Shown here: one piece after another, positions 1-8,867 of the stretch
Position numbering within the stretch: position 1 is the stretch's first letter
How the letters are laid out: each line of letters starts with the position of its first letter
NCBI GenBank assembly: GCA_963758295.1
Contig: CAVWUU010000004.1
Span: forward strand, 1,216,001 to 1,280,000
Length of the DNA stretch: 64,000 nucleotides
Direction of reading: 5' to 3'
From: Candidatus Eremiobacteria bacterium
GTDB lineage: Bacteria > Vulcanimicrobiota > Vulcanimicrobiia > Vulcanimicrobiales > Vulcanimicrobiaceae
Translations under genes and position numbers: made by a program
The notes under the pieces: model-generated
Database searches by the model: none
What the model saw: the letters and a program-made list of their open reading frames with translations, nothing else
Told to the model about the DNA's origin: nothing

Positions 1-300
1 CTTGAGCGCCTCTAATTCGTCTTCGCAAAACTCTTTGAAGTAGGAGTCGCGAAGATTATCCAGCCGCATGTCGCTTACCGTGCGCGTGCCGTCGCCGCGG
101 AAGACCTCCAACGACCGAAGAAACGGGATGTAGCGCGCCATTCTCGACATGCGCCAGTCGGTCAATTTCCACTTGTTGGACGCCATGTATTCGTAGTCGT
201 ATGGCGGCAGCGTCGACGCCTTTGCGCCGAGCGGCGTTAGCTTCACCCGAAAGCCTTCGCGATTGAAGATTGCCTCTTCGACTTGTTTGATCGTCGCCAT
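1..300 (-). CDS. Hypothetical protein, 3' end truncated by window edge
   Basis: ATG at 300; open frame MATIKQVEEAIFNREGFRVKLT...EDELEALK runs off the window; 13 bp downstream of the AsnC-domain gene on the same strand. Confidence 0.7.
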   Translation of the reverse strand, partial: MATIKQVEEAIFNREGFRVKLTPLGAKASTLPPYDYEYMASNKWKLTDWRMSRMARYIPFLRSLEVFRGDGTRTVSDMRLDNLRDSYFKEFCEDELEALK

Positions 301-313
301 TGTTTATACGCCG

Positions 314-592
314 CTAGTCGACGCCGATGTCCCACAACAGGCCAAGATCTTTTTTGGCGAACGTCTTAAACGCAATTAACGTCTCCGTGCTATCGATTCC
401 GTCTAGTGCGGCAATTCGCTCGGTCACAAGATCGTTGAGTGCCTCGTGTTCCCTAACGCGCACAACCGCAATCATGTCGAACGGTCCCGCGACCGAGTAG
501 ACCTCGGCGATGCCCTCGATGGCCAGTAAATCGTCCGCGATCGATTTCAGCCGTGGGCGCTCCACGTTCATGAGTATGAATGCCGTAACCAT
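314..592 (-). CDS. Lrp/AsnC ligand-binding-domain protein (stand-alone, no HTH)
   Basis: MVTAFILMNV...VYSVAGPFDMIAVVRV...IDSTETLI is the typical AsnC C-terminal domain pattern; start trimmed to ATG 592. Confidence 0.9.
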   Translation of the reverse strand: MVTAFILMNVERPRLKSIADDLLAIEGIAEVYSVAGPFDMIAVVRVREHEALNDLVTERIAALDGIDSTETLIAFKTFAKKDLGLLWDIGVD

Positions 593-695
593 GACAGCCG
601 CTTCGATTTCCGAATCGCTGCCGCCCGCCTGGCGGAAGCCCTGGCGATTGGCGGTTCGGAAGAGTGGAAAAACTCTATAGAGCCGTGGGCTTTCG

Positions 696-1307
696 ATGAG
701 CGCTGGAATGTTCGTACTATCCGTAACGATGGCAGTAGGCATCGCCACCGCGCTGCCGGCCCGCGGCCTGCCGCCCCTCGCGCAGGTTCCGCTCTTCACG
801 CGCCTCGCGCAAGATCAGGTACGGGGCTATGTGGCGCCGGTCACGCTCAATGTAGCGTTGCATCGATTCATTTTCACCTTTCACTTTCACCTGACCGGCA
901 CGGTCACCTATTCCGCTCCGGACAAAGTGACTTTCAAGATCCAGCGCGTTCCGCAACAGTATCAGCATTTGTTCAACGACCTCGGAACGCCGTTAACGTG
1001 GCCGCAACTCTACCGGCTTTCCGTCACCGGACGGGTAGAAGTCGACGGGAAGCCCGGGCTTTCTTTGGAGGGCGCCCCGAAGAAGAAAACGGAAGTCGAA
1101 ATCATGGAGCTCCAAACCAGCGACGCCGTTTCTCCCATCCATGCTCAATGGACGCTGAACGACGGCTGGAGCGTTAAGTCGGTGATCACGGAAAAGGCCA
1201 CCGGCGTATACCTTTTCCCCGCAACGGAGATTGCGGATATCGCCGGGCACGGCTATAAAATTCACACCGAAATGACGTATGGCGCCTATGCACTGAGCCC
1301 GCGATGA
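696..1307 (+). CDS. Secreted hypothetical protein
   Basis: Hydrophobic N-terminus, beta-rich body, ATGA overlap with the ligase; start may be 708. Confidence 0.7.
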   Translation: MSAGMFVLSVTMAVGIATALPARGLPPLAQVPLFTRLAQDQVRGYVAPVTLNVALHRFIFTFHFHLTGTVTYSAPDKVTFKIQRVPQQYQHLFNDLGTPLTWPQLYRLSVTGRVEVDGKPGLSLEGAPKKKTEVEIMELQTSDAVSPIHAQWTLNDGWSVKSVITEKATGVYLFPATEIADIAGHGYKIHTEMTYGAYALSPR

Positions 1308-2983
1308 TCGAGTTCGCCCGAACGTGTCAGGCCATCGCTGCTACCGGCAGCAAAATCACGAAGGTTGAAACGCTGGCAGCATATTTTCGCAATCGTAACG
1401 ACGCTGATTTGGAAGCTTCGGCTCGCTTCTTCACGGGAAATCCGTTCGCCGCGCGGGATCAACGGTCGCTGAATCTTGGCGGGCGCGGCATCATAGCCGT
1501 CGCGGCGCGGGTATGGGGAATCACCTCTTCCGAACTTTCCTCCGGCTATCGCGAAACGGGCGATTTAGGAAGCGCGCTCGGGCCGCTCGTGCGTCCGTCC
1601 GGCGAATTGCAGCTTTTCGAGGAAGATTCTCTAACGCCGGCCGTGCTGAAAAGACGCTTTGATGAAATCTCCGCTGCCTCTGGAAAAAACGCCGGTAAAC
1701 GACGCGAAACAATCCTTGAATCCATCCTTCGCAGCTGTACCGACCCGTTCGAAGCGACGTACGTCATAAAAATCGTGACGGGCGATCTGCGCATCGGGCT
1801 TCGCGAAGGGCTCGTGCACGACGCCGTTGCCGCAGCATTCGAAACCACGTACCGCGACGTGCACCGCGCGGTAATGGCAAGCGGCGACATCGGTGAAGTC
1901 GCGGTTGCGGCGAAGCATCGTCGTCTCGATCGGATTCATGTGGCATACGGCTCACCGGTCGGGATCATGCTTGCATCACCGGTTCCCTACGGCGACGCCT
2001 ACAAGGACCTCGCGGGCTACGAGTGGGTCGTGGAAGATAAGTACGACGGGATTCGCGCGCAGGCTCACGTGCACGACGGCCGCGTGCAACTCTTCACGCG
2101 CGCGCTCAATGACGTTACGCATTCGTATCCTGAGATCGTGCGCGCACTGGAAACGCAATCGCGGCGGATGATCCTCGATGGAGAAATAGTCGCATCGCGA
2201 GACGGCAAACTCTTGCCCTTCCGGATTCTTCAAGCCAGACTGCAGCGCAAAGAAATCGATCCGTCGCTGCTCGAGGGCGTCCCGCTAAGCTACGTCATCT
2301 TCGACGCGCTTGCCATCGACGACGAATTCCTGATCGACGAACCGCTGCTCGGTCGCCGCGAACGATTGGCCGCAGCTCTTCAGCCCCATGAAAACGTCAT
2401 CCTCGCTCCCTTTGAGGCGCTGGAAAAAACGGCTCCGGCAGAAGCCGTCAACGAACGTTTCGAAGCGGCGCGGGCTCGCGGAAACGAAGGCCTGATCTTC
2501 AAACGCACCGACGCTCCTTACGTGCCCGGGCGCCGGGGCAAGTGGTGGCTCAAGCTTAAACGCGAGCTGACGACGCTTGACGTTGTTGTCGTTGCCGTGG
2601 AATGGGGGCATGGCAGGCGCGCGAAGGTGCTATCGGATTACACCTTCGCGGTGCAAGACGATGAAGGCAACCTCCTGACGATCGGCAAGGCCTATTCCGG
2701 TTTAACCGACGTGGAAATCGCCGAGATGACGCAGTGGTTTCTCGCGCACCAGCGGGGAAAACGCGGCTACGCCATTTCCGTCGATCCGGAGGTCGTGCTG
2801 GAAGTCGCCTTCGATATCGTCCAGCGCAGCGAACTCCACGAAAGCGGCTACGCGCTACGCTTTCCACGCATCGTGCGCATCCGCGACGACAAACCCGTTT
2901 CGCAAATCAACACGGTGGCCGACGTCGATGAAATCTACCGCGAGATGCTGGCCCGCGAAGGGATCGACGACACGAGCGCTTAG
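1304..2983 (+). CDS. lig: ATP-dependent DNA ligase (LigB/archaeal-type)
   Basis: Motif I EDKYDGIR, ILDGEI, EGLIFK, WLKLK, LRFPR; N-terminal DNA-binding and C-terminal OB domains. Confidence 0.95.
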   Translation: MIEFARTCQAIAATGSKITKVETLAAYFRNRNDADLEASARFFTGNPFAARDQRSLNLGGRGIIAVAARVWGITSSELSSGYRETGDLGSALGPLVRPSGELQLFEEDSLTPAVLKRRFDEISAASGKNAGKRRETILESILRSCTDPFEATYVIKIVTGDLRIGLREGLVHDAVAAAFETTYRDVHRAVMASGDIGEVAVAAKHRRLDRIHVAYGSPVGIMLASPVPYGDAYKDLAGYEWVVEDKYDGIRAQAHVHDGRVQLFTRALNDVTHSYPEIVRALETQSRRMILDGEIVASRDGKLLPFRILQARLQRKEIDPSLLEGVPLSYVIFDALAIDDEFLIDEPLLGRRERLAAALQPHENVILAPFEALEKTAPAEAVNERFEAARARGNEGLIFKRTDAPYVPGRRGKWWLKLKRELTTLDVVVVAVEWGHGRRAKVLSDYTFAVQDDEGNLLTIGKAYSGLTDVEIAEMTQWFLAHQRGKRGYAISVDPEVVLEVAFDIVQRSELHESGYALRFPRIVRIRDDKPVSQINTVADVDEIYREMLAREGIDDTSA

Positions 2984-2993
2984 GGCACGGCTT

Positions 2994-3314
2994 TTAAACT
3001 CCGAGCTTGCCGAGAATTCCTTGGGCAAATTGCGGTGCGAAATGTTGAATGATTTGCGGATTGTTCTTGATCAACTCCACGACGGCGCCTTTTGCAGCAT
3101 CGGGATTGCTCTGGGCCTGCGTGATGACTCCCTGAATTTGCGAGGCAAGATCGCCTTGTCCGTTTTGCTGCGCGTTTTGCGCCGCGGTTTGCAGATGATC
3201 GGTGAGCTGGCCGGAATCCATGGAGTTCACATGCTCGCTTGCGGCGTCACCGAGTGCCTGTCGATCTACGTTGCCGCTCGTAACTTGTCCGATTAGATTC
3301 TTAAGGTCGTTCAT
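2994..3314 (-). CDS. Hypothetical helical Gln/Ala-rich protein (106 aa)
   Basis: ATG with GAGGAG RBS; protein-like composition. Confidence 0.8.
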   Translation of the reverse strand: MNDLKNLIGQVTSGNVDRQALGDAASEHVNSMDSGQLTDHLQTAAQNAQQNGQGDLASQIQGVITQAQSNPDAAKGAVVELIKNNPQIIQHFAPQFAQGILGKLGV

Positions 3315-3392
3315 GTCGCACCGCTCCTCACTTTCGGTCCCTAACGGCTATACCCAGCGCTTCTCGCAAAGCGGGCAGTTCTCAAGGGAGCC

Positions 3393-3626
3393 CTAGCGAG
3401 GTTTCTCGCGGCCACGTCCTTCACGGATTCGCCGTGCGCGCGCGGCCGCATCGAATCCACTCACCGGGCGACGCTGCGTGAGTGCCGCTCGTAACCGTGA
3501 AACGCCGACCACCAAGATCAATAGAATCGCGGCAAGTGCGAAGAACAACCGCGATCTCGTGGGCAGCGCTGCTGCGCTCGCGAGAATGACCGCGAGCAGC
3601 GCTGCAAGCGTCTCCCAGCGACGCAC
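3393..3626 (-). CDS. Small two-TM membrane protein
   Basis: Two hydrophobic segments and a basic tail; starts 6 bp after the DUF885 stop. Confidence 0.6.
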   Translation of the reverse strand: MRRWETLAALLAVILASAAALPTRSRLFFALAAILLILVVGVSRLRAALTQRRPVSGFDAAARARRIREGRGREKPR

Positions 3627-3632
3627 GAAGTC

Positions 3633-5357
3633 TTAGAGCGGCTTCCCGTCGTCCTGCGCGCCGAGCAGCAGCGGACGAATGTACGGAATCGGCGGATCTC
3701 CGTGGGCGAGAAACGCATCGTGAAACTTCTGAATCGTGAATGCGGGGCCAAGCTTTTTCTTGTAGTCTTCGCGCAGCTTCAGGATCATGAGCTTGCCGAG
3801 GGTGTAGTATCCGTACATCGGGTCCTGCGTTCCGCGCAACGATTCGCCCACCGCGATTTGCGGCGTTTGGAAGCATTCATCGGTGAACGCCTTCTCTGCT
3901 TGTTGGATCGTCATGCCTTGCGTATGAAGTTTGACGCCGACCACGTAACGGCAATTGCGAAGGAGCGCTTCATCCAACTGCGCCAGTCGTACTTTGGGGT
4001 CGCCGTTGCCCCAGCCTTCGTCCACCATCATCTGCTCGTCATAGTGCGCCCAGCCTTCGGCAAATTCCGAAGTCTGCGAAAGCATGCGAGTGAGGCTTAG
4101 TTTGAGATGCCGGTCGATCGCAAAATTCGTGAAGTGACCGGGATAGACTTCGTGCAGCGAAATGATCGGAAATTCGTAGTCGTTGAATTCCGCCAGAAAA
4201 TCTTCTTTCTGCTTGGCGGTCCACGCCGGATCAACGGGGGTAACGTAGTAGTACGCTTGCGTGGCGACCGTCTCGAGCGGTCCGGGAGAGTCTTCGGCAG
4301 CTTCCGTCGTCGCGCGTTCGAACGGCGGCGTATCGATGACCCTGATGTTTGCGTCGGCCGGAAGAGTCACCAAGTGTTTCGCTTCTACGAAAGCGCGAAG
4401 TTGCACCAGATCGCTCTGCGCCTTCGCGCGCAGGTTTTCCGGCGTGGGATGTTTCTTCGTGATCGAGAGGTAGACGTCGAGCGGCTTGGCCTTCGGATCG
4501 ATTTGCTTCGCGACGGCGATGAACCGCGCGCGTGTTTCGTCGAGCGCCCGCTGGCCGATTGCAAGATATTGGGAGACGGGCATGTTCAAGCCGTCTTCGT
4601 ACTGCAGCCGCTTCTCGTACGCCGCCGTGCCGATTGCGAACGTGCCGGAAGGCTTCAGTGTCTTGATCCACGCCGCATAAGAACCCACCGCCTTAGCCGC
4701 GGCCGCGTTCGCGCTCTTGAGCTGCGCTTGAAGATTCGCATCCTTCACATCGGAGAACGCTTCCGGCACGCTCTCCGTGAAGAAGCTCACCGAACCGGCC
4801 GCGTCTTCTGCCGCAATGCGTAGCGTTACAGCATCGACCGATGTAATGTTTTGCTTCGCTTGCGCGAGCATCGGCGGAATCTGCCGCTCCCGCGATACGG
4901 CATACTTGAGGCGCGTAGCCGCCGGCGCGTACTCGCGCTCCATTATGGTGAATATCGCGCCGCTTGCGATCTGCACGTAGAGGTCGGGATTGTGCCGCCA
5001 CGACGCGAGCGTTTGCGTTTGCAATAAGTCGTCGCGAAGCTGATTTTCCAGCAACTGCGCGTCGATCTTGACTTCGGGCGACAGAGCCGCCCGGTCGATC
5101 CCCTTTAATTTCGCGAGATACGCGTTGTCGCGCGCGATGCCGGCCGCGAACGCTTTCGATGAATAGTCGCCGAGCTCGGCGTCGTACGCGTGATATCCGC
5201 GCGACGTGGCGTCGATCGGATCCAGTTTGAAACCGCTGTACCAATAGTTATGCGCGAGCGCGTTGAACTGCGCGTCGGCAGAGCCGCCCGGCGCGGGCGC
5301 AGCCGCGCCTAGCAAAACAGCCGTCAGCGCGGCGCTAAACAAACGAAGCCTCAGCAT
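3633..5357 (-). CDS. DUF885 family secreted protein (putative metallopeptidase)
   Basis: Signal peptide; HEVYPGH and FAEGWAHYDE motifs; YTLGKLMILKLRE C-terminal pattern. Confidence 0.9.
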   Translation of the reverse strand: MLRLRLFSAALTAVLLGAAAPAPGGSADAQFNALAHNYWYSGFKLDPIDATSRGYHAYDAELGDYSSKAFAAGIARDNAYLAKLKGIDRAALSPEVKIDAQLLENQLRDDLLQTQTLASWRHNPDLYVQIASGAIFTIMEREYAPAATRLKYAVSRERQIPPMLAQAKQNITSVDAVTLRIAAEDAAGSVSFFTESVPEAFSDVKDANLQAQLKSANAAAAKAVGSYAAWIKTLKPSGTFAIGTAAYEKRLQYEDGLNMPVSQYLAIGQRALDETRARFIAVAKQIDPKAKPLDVYLSITKKHPTPENLRAKAQSDLVQLRAFVEAKHLVTLPADANIRVIDTPPFERATTEAAEDSPGPLETVATQAYYYVTPVDPAWTAKQKEDFLAEFNDYEFPIISLHEVYPGHFTNFAIDRHLKLSLTRMLSQTSEFAEGWAHYDEQMMVDEGWGNGDPKVRLAQLDEALLRNCRYVVGVKLHTQGMTIQQAEKAFTDECFQTPQIAVGESLRGTQDPMYGYYTLGKLMILKLREDYKKKLGPAFTIQKFHDAFLAHGDPPIPYIRPLLLGAQDDGKPL

Positions 5358-5393
5358 ACGCCGAGGCTTCGCTCTAATGGTCTTATGCCCTCG

Positions 5394-6254
5394 CTATTTA
5401 TTTTTGAAGCGGGCGACGCGCTTTTCGTTGTAAGCGGCGATGCCTTCTTTTGCGTCCTCGCTCTTGAAGAGCAGCGACTGCAGTTCGCGTTCCAGCGCGA
5501 GCGCGTCTTGCAGCGGAAGCTCCGCGCCGGTCTGAACGCTGCGCTTGATGTGCCCCACGGCCATCGGCGCCTTGTTCGGCGAACAGAATTGACGTGCATA
5601 GTCGGTGATCTGCTCGCGGAACTCGTCGGCCGAGCCTTCGAAAATGTCGCTGATTACGCCCCAGTCCATCGCCTGCTCGTAGCTGAACGTTTTGCCGCTA
5701 ACCATCAGTTCGAGCGCGCGCGATTTACCGACGAGGCGCGCGAGGCGTTGCGTTCCGCCCGTTCCCGGCAAAACGCCGAGCGCTACTTCCGGCAAACCCA
5801 TCTTGCCCGCGTCTTTGCGCGCGATGCGAATGTCCGCCGCCATCGCAATTTCCATGCCGCCGCCTACGCAGTGGCCGTTGAGCGCTGCGATAACAAGCTT
5901 CGGCGTCTGCTCGAGACGGCTCAGCGTCTCGTTCGCATGCAGGCAGAACATGTACTTAAATTCAGGCGTGACCGAGTTGAGCATGTTGATGTTCGCGCCC
6001 GCGGAGAAAAATTTTTCCCCTGCGCCCGTGAGCACGATGACTTCCACTTCGCCGTCGAAACGAGCGTCGAGAATCGCTTCGTCGAGCTGGCGCATCATTT
6101 CGTGCGTGTACGTGTTCGCCGGCGGATCGTTCATTTCGATGAAGCCGATGTGGCCGTCTTTCCAGTAATTGATAACGCGCTTGCCGTCCAAGGGCCGCGC
6201 TTCGCGCCCGAAAGGCGTCTGTTGAACCGTAGTTCCGTTCGCAGTCGTGGTCAT
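5394..6254 (-). CDS. Enoyl-CoA hydratase/isomerase (crotonase) family protein
   Basis: FFSAGANI, ALNGHCVGGGMEIAMAADIR, GLPEVALGVLPGTGGTQRL; start trimmed to ATG 6254. Confidence 0.93.
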   Translation of the reverse strand: MTTTANGTTVQQTPFGREARPLDGKRVINYWKDGHIGFIEMNDPPANTYTHEMMRQLDEAILDARFDGEVEVIVLTGAGEKFFSAGANINMLNSVTPEFKYMFCLHANETLSRLEQTPKLVIAALNGHCVGGGMEIAMAADIRIARKDAGKMGLPEVALGVLPGTGGTQRLARLVGKSRALELMVSGKTFSYEQAMDWGVISDIFEGSADEFREQITDYARQFCSPNKAPMAVGHIKRSVQTGAELPLQDALALERELQSLLFKSEDAKEGIAAYNEKRVARFKNK

Positions 6255-6300
6255 TACAAATCCCCTAGCTTGAGTGGCGCTTAGCTTCGCATAGCGAGCC

Positions 6301-7428
6301 TTAGTTCGCGGACAAGTTCCCTTTTGGCGAAATCCAATCCGGATTCTTGAAGTGAGCGGAAAGTACCGAGTCGTCGGCAGGCGTCGGCAGCACGGACGGC
6401 ATGTATGCATTCCACTCGTCTTCGGTTAGCTTGCGGCCGTCGACCGTCCAATACTGGCCCGAATATTGACCGATCTTGCGATTGAATCGCATGTCAGGGA
6501 CGTAGAGCTTCGTTTCGCTCGCGTTGACTTCGTTGACGCGATTGACCGTTTGCTCGACTTCCGCGTAGAACTGATCGCGGGCGCGTTCATTCAAGTGTTC
6601 TTTGTCGACGCTATCGCCGGTCTTATCTTCGTCGACGCGGCCTTTGATGCCCCAGGTATACGCCCACTGTGCCGAACCCGAGTGATCGGTCCCAAAAAGA
6701 TCGAGCGAGCCGGAGATCCATTTGTTGTAGTACTTCTGCTGTAACTCTACCGGAATGATGCCGGCTTTCGCGATGCGACGAAGGCCCGTGATCCCGGTGC
6801 CCATGTGGAACGATTCTTCCCGCAGCATCGGCCCCATGGACGAGGCCAGCGGCGCGAAACTCGAGTGCGAAAGCATCGTCAATTGGAACTTGCCGTCGCG
6901 ATCCATGAAGTTCGTGTACGCGAAGAAGTCCAGCCAATGCGTAACGTCGTCGTTGAATGCATTGAGCAGCCGATTCTTCTTGCCGAACGCGCGGCGTTCA
7001 AGCATTTTCTGCGCTTCGATTTTGCCTTCACTGCCGAAATGATTGACGAGCAGATGGCACATCTGAAAGCCGTGCCGCGTCTCTTCGACCATGATGCGAA
7101 CGAGCGCGGCAAGGTCGTATTCCGAGGGCGCATTATTCACGAGAAAGCGTTGCTGCTCGTTCGAAGCAAATTCCGTGTCGCCCTGATACACGATCATGTT
7201 GAGCACTGCATCGCGCATTCGCTGGTCCGGAATCTCGCGCACCTTCTCCCAGCGCCGCTCACCCTTGAAATCGCCGAAGAAGATCTCGGGAGTGCGCAAC
7301 TCGCCGTACTTGGCTTCGAAGGTGTAACCGGGGACGAACCGGTCGATCAGCTCCCGATCGAGTCCGATGTCGTGTTGCCAGTCCTTGAGCAGGTCGAGCC
7401 AATCGTCAAAGGTGGAAATTCGCGCCAT
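6301..7428 (-). CDS. boxB: BoxB-like aromatic-acyl-CoA epoxidase, diiron subunit (PaaA/BoxB family)
   Basis: QGDTEFASNEQQ, EETRH, DRDGKFQL, EESFH match BoxB diiron-ligand motifs; 375 aa, shorter than canonical BoxB. Confidence 0.8.
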   Translation of the reverse strand: MARISTFDDWLDLLKDWQHDIGLDRELIDRFVPGYTFEAKYGELRTPEIFFGDFKGERRWEKVREIPDQRMRDAVLNMIVYQGDTEFASNEQQRFLVNNAPSEYDLAALVRIMVEETRHGFQMCHLLVNHFGSEGKIEAQKMLERRAFGKKNRLLNAFNDDVTHWLDFFAYTNFMDRDGKFQLTMLSHSSFAPLASSMGPMLREESFHMGTGITGLRRIAKAGIIPVELQQKYYNKWISGSLDLFGTDHSGSAQWAYTWGIKGRVDEDKTGDSVDKEHLNERARDQFYAEVEQTVNRVNEVNASETKLYVPDMRFNRKIGQYSGQYWTVDGRKLTEDEWNAYMPSVLPTPADDSVLSAHFKNPDWISPKGNLSAN

Positions 7429-7459
7429 GGATTAAGGCCTCCGAAAGCCGGCTCGTCGT

Positions 7460-7498
7460 TATGACGGATTTAATCATTTCCGTGAGAATACCGTCATA
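7460..7498. promoter_or_regulatory. Candidate PaaX operator: TATGACGG-N23-CCGTCATA inverted repeat
   Basis: Perfect 8-bp arms in the divergent boxB/paaX intergenic region. Confidence 0.6.
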
Positions 7499-7527
7499 CT
7501 ACCTCATCGCCTTGGGAGAGTGTCAAC

Positions 7528-8361
7528 CTGGACAGGCAAATCACGCGGCCGAACTCGTTCATCTTCACGCTCTACGGAGACTTAGTACATCGCCATGTGA
7601 CGGACGGTTCGCTATGGATCGGCAGCTTGATCGCGCTCATGGCGCCGTTCGGCCTCTCGGAAGCCGCCGTCCGTCAGGCCGTTTCGCGAATGTCCCGCCA
7701 GGGCTGGCTAGTCGCCCGGAAGACGGGCAACCGTGCATTCTACGCCGTGACGGAACGCGGCCGCCGCCGCATCTTGGGTTTGAGCCCGCGCATCTACGGC
7801 CCGGTCGTCGAGTGGGACGGCCGGTGGCGTATGCTCACCTACAGCATCGCTGAAGCGCAGCGCGACCGCCGGGACCGATTACGGAAAGAACTAACCGTTC
7901 TGGGCTGGGCGCCGCTCTCCGCATCGACCTGGATTTCGCCTTCCGATGCGATCGACGACATTAGGGAAATCGCCGGCGCGTCGGATCTGCTGCCGAACGT
8001 CGACTTCTTCGTTGCCGAGTATGCCGGGCCGGCGTCCGACCGCGAGTTGCTTACAAAATGCTGGGATTTAGATGCGATCGCGCGCGCTTACGGCGATTTC
8101 ATTCGCGCCTATGAACCGCGCCTGGGGCGCGAACGCACCGAAGGATCGCTCAGCGATGAAGAGGCTTTTGTCGAACGGCTTTGGCTGGTTCACAACTATC
8201 GAAAGTTTACGTACGTCGATCCGGGACTTCCGAGCGCGCTGCTGCCCGCTCATTGGCCCGGCACGACCGCCGCGTCGCTCTTTCGCGAATACTATGCCGC
8301 CATTGACGCGAAATCGCTGCGGTTTTTCACAGAAGCAACGGGGCAGGCGGTAACGGCCTAA
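7528..8361 (+). CDS. paaX: PaaX family transcriptional repressor (probable CTG start)
   Basis: RPNSFIFTLYGD, EAAVRQAVSRM, WDGRWRML, DPGLPSALLPAHWPG; conserved N-terminus lies upstream of the track's GTG 7597. Confidence 0.93.
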   Translation: MDRQITRPNSFIFTLYGDLVHRHVTDGSLWIGSLIALMAPFGLSEAAVRQAVSRMSRQGWLVARKTGNRAFYAVTERGRRRILGLSPRIYGPVVEWDGRWRMLTYSIAEAQRDRRDRLRKELTVLGWAPLSASTWISPSDAIDDIREIAGASDLLPNVDFFVAEYAGPASDRELLTKCWDLDAIARAYGDFIRAYEPRLGRERTEGSLSDEEAFVERLWLVHNYRKFTYVDPGLPSALLPAHWPGTTAASLFREYYAAIDAKSLRFFTEATGQAVTA

Positions 8362-8380
8362 CTGAGGAAGTGCGGGCGCC

Positions 8381-8791
8381 ATGCCCAAACGGTTTTTCTT
8401 TGCGTGCGCCATGGCGTCGGCCGCGCTCGCTGCATGCAGCGGCTATAACTCGAACAACATTTACGGACCGCCGTCCACGCCGACGCCGCTTCCGTCTTAC
8501 TCGCCGAATCCGGCGATTACGACGGCGAACGTCACGTTTAGCGTCGCCGGAAACACGATTGCGAATCAGCCGATCGCCATGTCAACTCCGGACGCGGCAG
8601 GACAACCCGGCACGACGATTACGACGATTAACACCAACAGCACCGGCGTCGCCGCGTTCAGCGGACTTACCGACACGACGACGTACTGCTGGACGACGAT
8701 GTACACGCCCGCATCCGCGCAACCCCAAGAATACAGCGCCTGCGTTCCGCAGCAGTTCTGGGGAAGCGGCGTTCATCTCGGAAATCCGTAA
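8381..8791 (+). CDS. Lipoprotein with Pro/Thr linker and small beta domain
   Basis: Lipobox ALAAC-SG after a basic/hydrophobic signal; GAGG RBS. Confidence 0.8.
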   Translation: MPKRFFFACAMASAALAACSGYNSNNIYGPPSTPTPLPSYSPNPAITTANVTFSVAGNTIANQPIAMSTPDAAGQPGTTITTINTNSTGVAAFSGLTDTTTYCWTTMYTPASAQPQEYSACVPQQFWGSGVHLGNP

Positions 8792-8816
8792 GCTTCGTTT
8801 CGCGTGAATCGCAAAA

Positions 8817-8852
8817 AAAGAGCGCCTCGCATCTGCGAGGCGCTCTTTCTTC
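8817..8852. terminator. Bidirectional intrinsic terminator
   Basis: AAAGAGCGCCTCGCA-TC-TGCGAGGCGCTCTTT with A-tract before and T-rich run after, between convergent genes. Confidence 0.9.
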
Positions 8853-8867
8853 ATCGCCCGGAGGCTG

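Noticed and set aside
608..682. Imperfect hairpin and CTCTATAGAG palindrome in the AsnC/secreted-protein intergenic region
   Set aside because: GC-rich pairing with several mismatches and a single short palindrome; could be chance
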